A DNA stretch of 64,000 bases from Pyrinomonadales bacterium. GTDB taxonomy: Bacteria; Acidobacteriota; Blastocatellia; Pyrinomonadales; Pyrinomonadaceae. How positions within the stretch are numbered: position 1 is the stretch's first letter; each line of letters opens with the position of its first letter. The translations under genes were made by a program, and so were the position numbers. Positions 36,784 through 45,616 of the stretch are shown here, piece after piece. The stretch spans positions 9,391 through 73,390 of the forward strand of contig JBBQGM010000007.1 in NCBI GenBank assembly GCA_038322995.1. The letters run 5' to 3'. Under the pieces are notes generated by a model, which was not told where the DNA came from, searched no databases, and saw nothing but the letters and a program-made list of their open reading frames with translations.

Positions 36784-38136
36784 GTGATTGCCTCGCCCGA
36801 AAAATCCTGGCCCGTACATCTGAAACCAAAGGCTGGCGAACTCTTCACTTCATGGTTAGCTCGGCTGTCCATAGCACACGGCCTTAAACCTAACAGTTTT
36901 ACTTCCATAATCTGGCCAAGCAATACTAACCTATGGCTAATACGAGACTTTGACAGGGCGAATAATAAAGAAGGGCTTGAGCTGTTAGCGGAGAAAACGT
37001 GTACGACACTTGAGAAAGTGATAGTTGCGACGCTCTCTGATTACCAAGGTCGTCTCTATGAAATATCTCCGCCAAGCGGTGTAACTTATTGGCTACTGCC
37101 ACGCGGCCAAGCTACCTCTCGGAATCACAATCTCAAATATTTCGGTTTACAATATTGCCCACGGTGCCTTTCGGAGGAGGAACCTTACTTCAGGCGGGAA
37201 TGGAGATTGGCATTTGTTACTTTCTGTGCAAAGCATAAATTATTCCTACTTGATCGCTGCACTAGATGCGGATATGCCATAAATTTTTATATGAACGTAA
37301 CAAGGGAATGGGATAGAGTTTCAGACTCCTTAACCGTTTGCTACAATTGTACCTTTGATCTTCGTCATGCTCCCATCAGTACATCTTCAAATTCGATTGC
37401 TACAGATACACTGAATTTCCAAAAACATCTTTTGACTGCCTTAGACCAAGGATGGGTAGAGGTTCCTCAGAATGCATCCGTACATTCGCTTATGTACTTC
37501 GAAGGACTACGTCACTTAGCATACGCACTTTCTGGCCGTCACAGACACATCAAGAATCTTCTAGAATTAGCCTGTAGGCATTATGGTATTAAAGAGGGTT
37601 TCCCTGGCCCTCGGCGAAGAACTACCTTTGAGAGCCTCGATGTTATTACGCGACGCATCATTGTCTTTCTAATGTCAGCACTTCTTAAAGATTGGTCCAG
37701 TGAATTTATTCAGTTTAGCAGAGCTTATAAAATTGAAAGTGACGTTTGGAGCCATCAGCAACAAGATAATATTCCTTATTGGTATTGGAGTATCATTCAT
37801 CTTAATTTAAAAAGAACTAGATACTTGCCCACTGAACAGGAAGTCACCGCTATCTTCGATTTCATAGAGAGAACTGGTCGTCCATCTACCACGAGCGAAC
37901 TACTCAAGTATTTAAATAGTGGTGTCGCGCAAACTAGGAGAAAGAGGCGAGGACTGACTCAAGCAGCTAAGTACGCCAAACATCCAGAAGCAATAAAACA
38001 AGAGGCAATACGCCTATTACTAGAAGGTAAACGGTCTGGAGAAGTGAAACAGATTTTGCCAGTTAGTAGTCACTCGTTATGGAAGTGGATGAAAGATTAT
38101 AACAAATCCGCTGACGGGGGAAGTAAGCCTACTTGA
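36784..38136 (+). CDS. tniQ: TniQ/TnsD-family target-selection protein (copy 1) with C-terminal HTH-like tail
   Basis: 450 aa, GTG start. TniQ N-terminal box WPVHLKPKAGELFTSWLARLSIAHGL. Zinc-finger pairs YCPRCL...CAKHKLFLLDRCTRCG. A C-terminal segment (EAIRLLLEGKRSGEVKQILPVSSHSLWKWMK) resembles a transposase-type HTH. Confidence 0.8.
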   Translation: MIASPEKSWPVHLKPKAGELFTSWLARLSIAHGLKPNSFTSIIWPSNTNLWLIRDFDRANNKEGLELLAEKTCTTLEKVIVATLSDYQGRLYEISPPSGVTYWLLPRGQATSRNHNLKYFGLQYCPRCLSEEEPYFRREWRLAFVTFCAKHKLFLLDRCTRCGYAINFYMNVTREWDRVSDSLTVCYNCTFDLRHAPISTSSNSIATDTLNFQKHLLTALDQGWVEVPQNASVHSLMYFEGLRHLAYALSGRHRHIKNLLELACRHYGIKEGFPGPRRRTTFESLDVITRRIIVFLMSALLKDWSSEFIQFSRAYKIESDVWSHQQQDNIPYWYWSIIHLNLKRTRYLPTEQEVTAIFDFIERTGRPSTTSELLKYLNSGVAQTRRKRRGLTQAAKYAKHPEAIKQEAIRLLLEGKRSGEVKQILPVSSHSLWKWMKDYNKSADGGSKPT

Positions 38137-38212
38137 AGTAACAAGAAGGGTGCCTTTGCATCTATTTCTGTTTAATTTTGTAATGACTAATGTGTTTTAG
38201 AGGTTTGAGTTT

Positions 38213-38992
38213 ATGCCTGTCAGGAAAATTCCAAGGAGTTATCGGAACGTAACAGGTCTCACGGCAACCAATAAGTCCAGCGAAATGACTGCATATGAAT
38301 CAGGTCTTGAACACAAGTTCCACAAACTCCTGACCTTCAACTCCAACGTCTTAAAATACGAAGAGCAGCCAGTTAAAATATACTTCATCGGCGAAGATGG
38401 AAAGACGCATCACTATACTCCTGACGTACTCATCAATTACAAAAAAGACTTGGCTCCAGCTAAACATTGGAAACCACTTCTTGCAGAAGTCAAGTGGAGA
38501 ACAGATCTATGTAAGGACTGGCAAGAACTGAAACCTAAATTTCGGGCCGCTAGGAAGCATGTAGCTGAAAGAGATTGGGATTTCACAATAGTAACCGACA
38601 AAGAAATTATAAATCCTTACTTATATAACGCTATCTTCCTCATCACATTTCGCAGGTTTCCAGTCAACGAAGATTATAGGCATTTGCTACTTGAAGCTTT
38701 AGATGAGTTGCGTGAGACAGATCCGGAGACTCTATTGCGTTCCGTGGCCGCAGATCGCGATGAAATATCTAGATTGTTACCAACCTTATGGCAACTCGTT
38801 GATAATCACGCGGTGGGCGTCAACCTAGATTCAAAGTTGACGATGCGTAGCCGAATTTGGTCGCTTCGATTCCAAGACGAGGTCGAAAGAGATGAAGGCA
38901 TTTATCAACTTATCGCCGGGCGTGGTCGTCGAATGCGATGGCAAGCGCTACGCTATCACAAGCATTTTAACTCTGGAATCCGTCCTCGCTAA
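38213..38992 (+). CDS. tnsA: TnsA endonuclease-like transposition protein
   Basis: 259 aa. Restriction-endonuclease-like E/D/K pattern (YESGLEHKF ... YTPDVLINY ... LAEVKW) as in Tn7 TnsA. Confidence 0.82.
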   Translation: MPVRKIPRSYRNVTGLTATNKSSEMTAYESGLEHKFHKLLTFNSNVLKYEEQPVKIYFIGEDGKTHHYTPDVLINYKKDLAPAKHWKPLLAEVKWRTDLCKDWQELKPKFRAARKHVAERDWDFTIVTDKEIINPYLYNAIFLITFRRFPVNEDYRHLLLEALDELRETDPETLLRSVAADRDEISRLLPTLWQLVDNHAVGVNLDSKLTMRSRIWSLRFQDEVERDEGIYQLIAGRGRRMRWQALRYHKHFNSGIRPR

Positions 38993-40774
38993 AGATGAAG
39001 AAACGGGAAACCATCGAGAGTTATATATAAAGGACATTACTCCTGTCTCGGACTTAACACTGAGCGAAGATAACAAGCAGTTAGATCTCTCTCTAATTCC
39101 CAAAGATGACTGGAATGATGCATCAGGCTGGGCCAACAGGCTTCGCCCATTAGTCTCAGCTTCGCGACGCACTACAGAAATGGTGGATGAAGTCGCGAAA
39201 GAAGCCGGTGTTGGAAGGACTACTGTTTACCGCAAACTAAAAATACTTGAAAAGTCCGGTAAAGCCTCATCCCTCATACCGCAAAAGTCCAGCGGCGGCA
39301 AAGGTAAAAGCCGTCTTTCGACTGAAGCTGAATCAATTATCCGTACCACTATCGTTGACCTTCGTTTCACCAAGGGAAAGAAGAAAGCTTCTTTCGACGA
39401 CATTTACGAAGAAATAAAAAACAAATTAAATAGATCCGAGATCGACATCCCTCACATCAATACTGTTCAGAGAAGGATCAACTCTATTCGGAAGGAATAT
39501 GAGCAGCAATCAAGCGATCAAGAAAGTGGAAAAAGAAACGTCGCATACCCCGGACGCTTTCCGGGCGCCGACTTCCCACTCGCTGTGGTGCAAATAGATC
39601 ACACTGAACTCGACATAATGCTGGTAGACGACGTTGATAGAGAACCCATTGGAAGACCTTGGATTACTTTAGCTATTGATGTCTTCAGCCGTACTGTTCC
39701 AGGCTTCTACCTTTCTCTTGATCCCCCTGGTGACATATCGGTGGGGCTTTGCATTGCTCATGCGATTCTGCTCAAAGATAAGTGGCTTGCTAAGCATAAC
39801 ATTAATATTGCTTGGCCAACTTGGGGAGTTATGAGCAAGATTCATGCTGATAATGCGGGTGAATTTCATAGCAACATGATAAAACGCGCGTGCAATGAAT
39901 ACAGCATTGATCTTGAATGGCGGCCAGTCAAAAAGCCTCGCTACGGCGCACTCATCGAGAGCTTACTTGGGACGTTCGCAGAAAAGATACACCAACTCCC
40001 AGGAACAACTTTTTCGAATCCAAAGGAGCGTGGCAAATACGACTCGGAAAAAATGCGGCACTAACTATCTCAGCGCTGGAAGAATGGTTTGCCAGGTACG
40101 TTGCCGGGGTTTATCACCAAGAAATACACAGCGCTCTACTCACCTCCCCAATAAAGCAATATGAAAAGGGTATATTTGGCACCAAGGACATACCAGGACG
40201 TGGGCTTCCCTATCAGATACATGATGAGGATCGCCTACGATTAGATTTAATGCCAGCTGAGAAACGCACCATTCAGGAGTATGGAGTAGTTATAGACTTC
40301 ATACATTATTACAGTGGCGTATTAAACAAACATATTAATGAACAAGATGAAAACTCAACCAAGAAACGCAAATTCATATTCAAGCGAGATCCACGGAATA
40401 TCAGCCGAATCTATTTTTTCGACCCCGATCTCAACGAATATTTCAAGATTCCTTACCGAGATACATCACAGCCACCTATGAGTATATGGGAGTATCGTAA
40501 GGTTCGTAGAAGGCTCGAAGCGCTAGGTAAAGAAGACATAGATGAACAGTTGATCTTTCAGACCTTCAAAGAAATGCGCGCTATTGAGGAACGCGAAGCC
40601 CGTATGACTAAAAGTAAACGGCGTGATGCTCAAAGGCGACGGCAACATCGACAAATCGAAGAGCCCAAAATGGCGGATGAGCGCCATAGGGATTTGCCAG
40701 AAAGAAATGAGTCCGATGAACTCGAAGATGTACCTGTTGTTGAACCATTTGATGAGATGGAATATCTAACGTAA
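38892..40774 (+). CDS. tnsB: TnsB-like DDE (Mu/rve-type) transposase, reading frame broken at an A6 run (40048-40053)
   Basis: ORF 38892-40064 carries an HTH region and DDE residues (VVQIDHTELD, IHADNAGEF) and ends ...KERGKYDSEKMRH-stop. ORF 39917-40774, in the -1 frame, continues ...NAALTISALEEWFARYVAGVYHQEIHSAL. A -1 shift within GGAAAAAAT joins them into one protein of about 627 aa. Confidence 0.8.
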
Positions 40775-40843
40775 GCATACATAAGAGTGAAGATGCTATG
40801 AGCCCCTTAATTTCGATCTAACCTGCAAAGCTAAGGACATCGG

Positions 40844-41785
40844 ATGAGCCAGAAGGATACTCAGGGCATCGCAAGTCCAACACATCTTAATGTAAATGAG
40901 AGAACGTGGCTGGAATTAAGTGATGATGAGCGCATTTTTAAGTTACATGGCGAACGCTGGATTAGATACGATAAGGCTAAAGAGATCATTGACAAGCTAA
41001 ACAAGCTAATCACGTATCCTAAGAAACGAAGAATGCCGAACTTATTAATCGTTGGGGATACCAACAATGGTAAGACGATGATCGTCAATCGGTTTAAGGA
41101 ACAACACCCACCTGACGACAATATAGATGGCGATGCGAAGATCATCCCTGTAATAATTGTACAAGCTCCGCCCACAGCGGATGAGGGTCGTTTCTACAAT
41201 CACATTCTCACCCAACTGAATGCACCATTTAAAGAGAACGACAGGCCCGGAAAGAAGTACATACAGGTAGTAACTATATGTCAACGCGTTGGTCTTCGAG
41301 TTCTCATCATTGACGAGATACACGACATTATTGCGGGCAGCAGATCTAGTCAGCGTGTTTTCCGCAACGCGATCAAACAGCTCGGTAACGATCTCCAAAT
41401 TCCTATCGTCGGTGTTGGCATAGACGCAGCCTATAACGCCATACAGTCGGATGACCAGTTAGCGAATCGTTTCGAACCTGCCATATTACCGAGATGGAAG
41501 ATAAGCGATAACCTGCCTCCTGCAAAAGATCCATATTTGAAACTTTTAACCAGTTTCGAGCGCATGCTTCCTCTTCGCAATCCATCATATCTGGTCCACA
41601 AAACAATGGCTTTGAAATTGATGAGCATGTGTGAAGGACTGATTGGCGAGTTATCAACTGTGCTCACCAGAGCGGCTGAACAAGCTATCAGAAATAAAAG
41701 GGAAAAAATCGACGTGGTGACTTTGAACGAAATAGGCTGGATAGCTCCCTCGGACCGGAGCAGAAGGACGCAAGTAATAGGCTGA
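40844..41785 (+). CDS. tnsC: TnsC/TniB-like AAA+ ATPase
   Basis: 313 aa. Walker A GDTNNGKT, Walker B VLIIDEIHD, TniB-like length. Confidence 0.82.
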   Translation: MSQKDTQGIASPTHLNVNERTWLELSDDERIFKLHGERWIRYDKAKEIIDKLNKLITYPKKRRMPNLLIVGDTNNGKTMIVNRFKEQHPPDDNIDGDAKIIPVIIVQAPPTADEGRFYNHILTQLNAPFKENDRPGKKYIQVVTICQRVGLRVLIIDEIHDIIAGSRSSQRVFRNAIKQLGNDLQIPIVGVGIDAAYNAIQSDDQLANRFEPAILPRWKISDNLPPAKDPYLKLLTSFERMLPLRNPSYLVHKTMALKLMSMCEGLIGELSTVLTRAAEQAIRNKREKIDVVTLNEIGWIAPSDRSRRTQVIG

Positions 41786-41821
41786 ATGAAAAACCGCAGA
41801 GCAACTTCAGATATGTAGTCG

Positions 41822-41866
41822 GTACATTTCAATCCTAAGCACGACGAGCTTTTGTCCCCATGGCTG
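41822..41866 (+). pseudogene. possible relic of a third tniQ 5' end immediately downstream of tnsC
   Basis: Frame translation VHFNPKHDELLSPWL parallels the TniQ N-terminal box of both intact copies (VHLKPKAGELFTSWL; VHLKPKDDELISSWL). An in-frame TAG precedes it, and similarity is lost after about 15 codons. Confidence 0.4.
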
Positions 41867-41953
41867 CCCGCTTGGTTATCGCAAAATATGGAGGTAATAA
41901 TTTTTAAATATAGGCTTCCGCCGAAAAGTTTTGTGCTGTATCCCCAGTATGCT

Positions 41954-42262
41954 CTAGTTTTGGGCAGAAGACTTTCTTTTAACGCCTTCTTTCTTTGCCC
42001 TGGAGGGTAGATTCTCCGGCAAATTCAAATTGTCATCGACGAGAACATCAATCCATACCCCAGCCATACGAGCATACTCCAAGAGTGTCAGCAGTGATGG
42101 CTCGCGCGTGCCCCGCTCGAAAGCAGACACATCTGACTGCGTTAATTCATCAGCCAGTCCAAGATGCCTTAACAATGAATTTTGAGAATCGTTGAAGGTC
42201 CGCCGAATAGTTAATAATTTTTCAGCCAAACGCTGCGGCTTTCGCCTTGCAAACGTGCCCAT
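41954..42262 (-). CDS. XRE-family helix-turn-helix transcriptional regulator
   Basis: HTH: SQNSLLRHLGLADELTQSDVSAFERGTREPSLLTLLEYARMAG. Start placed at the second ATG (42262) because AGGAGG lies 9 nt upstream. The track ORF extends to 42286. Confidence 0.75.
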   Translation of the reverse strand: MGTFARRKPQRLAEKLLTIRRTFNDSQNSLLRHLGLADELTQSDVSAFERGTREPSLLTLLEYARMAGVWIDVLVDDNLNLPENLPSRAKKEGVKRKSSAQN

Positions 42263-42317
42263 CAGGATATACCTCCTGATGGGCACAACATTTGTGTTCC
42301 GAGTTTCCTCTTGCTTT

Positions 42318-42335
42318 TAAGTGCAATTGCACTTA
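42318..42335. promoter_or_regulatory. 18-bp perfect palindrome, candidate operator of the XRE regulator
   Basis: TAAGTGCAATTGCACTTA lies about 55 bp upstream of the XRE start, in the divergent intergenic region. Confidence 0.4.
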
Positions 42336-42522
42336 GTATTTCATGGTACTTGTTTTTCGCCGGCGGGAGGTTATCTCTGTTGTCCCATACGGCGCCCATC
42401 ATCTTCGATGTTGAGCTGCCTTACTCATTTGCTAAGAGCCACCGAAAATTCCCGGCGAAGGATACCAAAAAACTCTAAAGATCGTCACTCACTAAGATAT
42501 CGCGCAAATCAATGAATAGATT

Positions 42523-42876
42523 ATGCGATTGGATGAACACATTGTGCGAGAAGAAATAATACCGCACCCGCGGGGGCGGAAGCTGAAACTATTCTATTAT
42601 GAACAGGTCAATTCACGCTCCTACTTACGGATCACCAAACTTGGTCTCGTTATCGTTTTGGTCTTCACCGTCTTACCGGTTATTGCACTCCTCTCTTTAT
42701 TTCTCTTAAATCAATCAACTCCGATGCCGAATGTGGATGTAACGATCAAGCCGATGCCGACGGCTAACGATTCCATTTACTACTATCCGCCAACCGACAC
42801 CACCGCCCGCTCCGAAAGTACTGAGGCAGCCCAAAGCAGCATAATCCGTCCCGCCAGCACCTCCATCGCCTATTAG
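42523..42876 (+). CDS. hypothetical single-pass membrane protein
   Basis: 117 aa with one TM helix (LGLVIVLVFTVLPVIALLSLFLL). Divergent from the XRE gene. Confidence 0.4.
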   Translation: MRLDEHIVREEIIPHPRGRKLKLFYYEQVNSRSYLRITKLGLVIVLVFTVLPVIALLSLFLLNQSTPMPNVDVTIKPMPTANDSIYYYPPTDTTARSESTEAAQSSIIRPASTSIAY

Positions 42877-42884
42877 GAACAGTA

Positions 42885-43124
42885 ATGAGCCGTAAGCACA
42901 AACGAGATGGCGCACATCGCGGATCTACGCCACAGGCCAAAAGATGGCCGGTTAAGATGAAACTCTCTCAGGCTGCGAAATTTCTTGGGATCAGTTCTTC
43001 GAATCTCAGCAACCTCGTGAGTAGTGGGAAAATATCGGTTGAAGATGATCCGCTTGATAGACGTGTGAAGCTCGTAAAGCGCGCTGATCTTGAAGAGATA
43101 TTGCACCGGCGCACTGGTGTTTAA
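42885..43124 (+). CDS. small HTH DNA-binding protein (excisionase/MerR-like HTH_17)
   Basis: 79 aa. KLSQAAKFLGISSSNLSNLVSSGKI fits a helix-turn-helix. Confidence 0.5.
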   Translation: MSRKHKRDGAHRGSTPQAKRWPVKMKLSQAAKFLGISSSNLSNLVSSGKISVEDDPLDRRVKLVKRADLEEILHRRTGV

Positions 43125-43357
43125 GTTAAAGATGTCTTCCCCTGAGAAATAACATTTCACATTTTCCGGAAAAAGCTCAAGAACACAGCGAATTATGGCC
43201 GGTTCACTTAAAACCCAAAGACGATGAACTCATATCTTCGTGGCTAGTTCGTTTAGCCCGCGCCCACGGGCTGAAATTACACACCTTTTGCTCTCTTACT
43301 TGGCCTGAAAAACAAATTTGGAATAGGGACATTGACAAGTCCGCTGACTCTCAACTA

Positions 43358-44341
43358 GTGGAGACATTATCCGCCAAAACAGGAACGCCTCTTGAACGGG
43401 TGAGAGCGACAACACTTGCGGCTTATGAAAACGTACTTTATGAGAAGCATAACCATTTCGGCCCCTCCTCATGGATTATGCCAATTGGCGTTTATCACCG
43501 GACTCACAAACAGTTCGGATTACAGTATTGTCCGCGCTGTTTTACTGAGGACGAAGATCCGTATTACCGCTGCAAATGGCGCTTGGCCTTAATAGTAGTA
43601 TGTGAGAAACATCATGTAGTGCTTCACGACCGCTGCCCCAAGTGTGGAGAACCCGTCAACTTCCATCGCGACGAGTTGGGTAATCATCGCAAGTTTGTTG
43701 CCGTCTCACTAACGCTCTGTTATTCCTGTCATTTTGATCTGCGAGCAGTTGTAAGCAAGCCAGGCTTCTCTGCAACGTTCGAAGAAGCTCAATTTACCTC
43801 CACACTACTACGGACGATAGATGCCGGTTTTATTCAGGTAAGCGAGGGCATAGTAACGCACTCCCATTTGTTTTTTGCAGGGCTTCGCCAATTGATGAAG
43901 ATCCTAGCAATGCGGGATAAGCGAATAGTTAGCATGTGTCAGGCTATTAGCGAAACATATGGAGTTGAGGTATACACGCCTTCGGTTTCGAGAACAATCG
44001 ACGTTCAAGAAATCGGGGTCGAAGGTCGTAGGCAATTGCTGGGGCTTGCTTGTTGTTTGCTTCAGGAGTGGCCTCACCGCTTTATTGAATTCTCTCGAAA
44101 ATTCAAAGTCTGGAGTTCATTGTGGTTAAGACATGTAGATTCTCCCACGAACCGAAGGACAACTGTGGCACCATTTTGGTTCTGGAGTACCGTTCACGAC
44201 CATTTATATCGCGCTCGATACTGTCCTTCTTATGAAGAAACAAAAGCTGCAATAGGATATCTCAAACGCAAAGGAAGGCCAGTGAACAAATCAGTGCTTG
44301 CCCGCTTGCTAGGAGTTACAGTGATACGCAGAGAATTGTAG
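43358..44341 (+). CDS. tniQ: TniQ/TnsD-family protein (copy 2); conserved N-terminal box lies upstream of the first canonical start
   Basis: Zinc-finger pairs YCPRCF...CEKHHVVLHDRCPKCG, collinear with copy 1. The same frame is open back to 43131 and encodes ...HFPEKAQEHSELWPVHLKPKDDELISSWLVRLARAHGLKLHTF, the TniQ box. There is no ATG/GTG/TTG in that stretch, only CTG 43142 and ATT 43154. Confidence 0.75.
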   Translation: METLSAKTGTPLERVRATTLAAYENVLYEKHNHFGPSSWIMPIGVYHRTHKQFGLQYCPRCFTEDEDPYYRCKWRLALIVVCEKHHVVLHDRCPKCGEPVNFHRDELGNHRKFVAVSLTLCYSCHFDLRAVVSKPGFSATFEEAQFTSTLLRTIDAGFIQVSEGIVTHSHLFFAGLRQLMKILAMRDKRIVSMCQAISETYGVEVYTPSVSRTIDVQEIGVEGRRQLLGLACCLLQEWPHRFIEFSRKFKVWSSLWLRHVDSPTNRRTTVAPFWFWSTVHDHLYRARYCPSYEETKAAIGYLKRKGRPVNKSVLARLLGVTVIRREL

Positions 44342-44368
44342 TTTGAAGCTTTGCTCTAATGCCGGTCT

Positions 44369-45136
44369 TCAAATTTGTTGAAGTAGCCATGCATTTGTTT
44401 CCTTAATGGCCTTGTTAATTTTCTTCTGCTGATCTGGAGTTGTATCAGCGCGTTGCGCTTCTTCTCTCATGATAGCTTTAAGATCTTTAACTGCCCACTC
44501 AATAGCAGTGCTCCTATCATCACATATTTTACTGTGGAACTTTGACGGGCCGTAGATGCCTCCGCGTGTGGTTGGAAGCTTGAACTCGATGCCGTGGCGC
44601 CATTTCTCGTCCTGTACATCCCGGACTATTTCAATCGTGGCCTGAATCTCAAGATCATCTGAGTACGGAACAGCAATCTTTTCCACACCTCTGATATATG
44701 AGCCTGCATTGCTGAGCTGAGGATGCTGTTGAGATAAAGACCGAAGTTGATCACAAGTGAATGTGACTGTCTTTCTCCTTCCTCTTTGGCCCTTCGGATT
44801 GAATAAACGAACATTCACATCATCTTTTACTATTTTGACTATTTCGCCAAAGCCTGCGGGAGATGCCACGTATCGACACAATTGCATGGGCACAGGAAAT
44901 CCTCCCTCTGTGTGAATCTTATACCCGGTTTCTCTTTCAAAATGTTCGGCTCCGAACCAATATAAGGTTCGAAGCTCTTTGCCCTTGACTCGCTGACCGA
45001 TCTCTTCCGCCCGTACCCCGACCTCGCTCAGATGCGAGATTTTAAAAGAGGTGCCTTCGAACTCGAACGTGTCGTTAATCTCTAGAGTGCGCTCGATAGA
45101 ACAATTACGTCTTCGTATAGGATTCTTCTGTGCCAT
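44369..45136 (-). CDS. hypothetical protein
   Basis: 255-aa ORF with no recognisable motif. The preceding small ORF stops 3 nt upstream. Confidence 0.5.
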   Translation of the reverse strand: MAQKNPIRRRNCSIERTLEINDTFEFEGTSFKISHLSEVGVRAEEIGQRVKGKELRTLYWFGAEHFERETGYKIHTEGGFPVPMQLCRYVASPAGFGEIVKIVKDDVNVRLFNPKGQRGRRKTVTFTCDQLRSLSQQHPQLSNAGSYIRGVEKIAVPYSDDLEIQATIEIVRDVQDEKWRHGIEFKLPTTRGGIYGPSKFHSKICDDRSTAIEWAVKDLKAIMREEAQRADTTPDQQKKINKAIKETNAWLLQQI

Positions 45137-45139
45137 ACA

Positions 45140-45361
45140 TCATTTACCTGTCAAAACGTTTCCAGCTTTAAATTCGGAGAGCACGGAGCGGTCAGATTTA
45201 ATCACCGGGCCATATTTTGAATACTGCCGAAATCGGCTGCCGAGCTCGCGCAATAAATATATTGCAGTCAACAGGATAATCAAGTATCCTGAGAGCCCGG
45301 GCGCGTACTTTTTGAGCCTCAGCTTTATTTTCGATTTAACTATCAGCCCGTAACCCGTCAT
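45140..45361 (-). CDS. small hypothetical protein with one hydrophobic segment
   Basis: 73-aa ORF (GLSGYLIILLTAIYLL), tightly coupled to 44369-45136. Confidence 0.3.
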   Translation of the reverse strand: MTGYGLIVKSKIKLRLKKYAPGLSGYLIILLTAIYLLRELGSRFRQYSKYGPVIKSDRSVLSEFKAGNVLTGK

Positions 45362-45616
45362 TAGTTTGGCATTTTGTGTTTGGCACTTTCTATTCCGCTT
45401 GTTAAAGGCAGATGCAACGATTTCGTGTTTGTCATTTACTGTTTAAAACAGCGGGAGAAAGGACGGGAAGCATATAGAAGAAAGAATCGGCGGTATTGAT
45501 ATCATCGGGCGTCTCATCCTGTAAAATTGGATTTGGATGATGGGCTGCGCTCTTTGAAGCAATACTTCCTATACATTTAGGACTGCCTATATTGATGAAA
45601 GAGACGGGAGATCTCT

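Noticed and set aside
38892-38992. The 101-nt overlap of tnsA and tnsB as a sign of mis-annotation or a fusion
   Set aside because: No alternative in-frame start for tnsB exists nearby, and the tnsA stop is fixed. I kept the overlap as observed rather than interpreting it.
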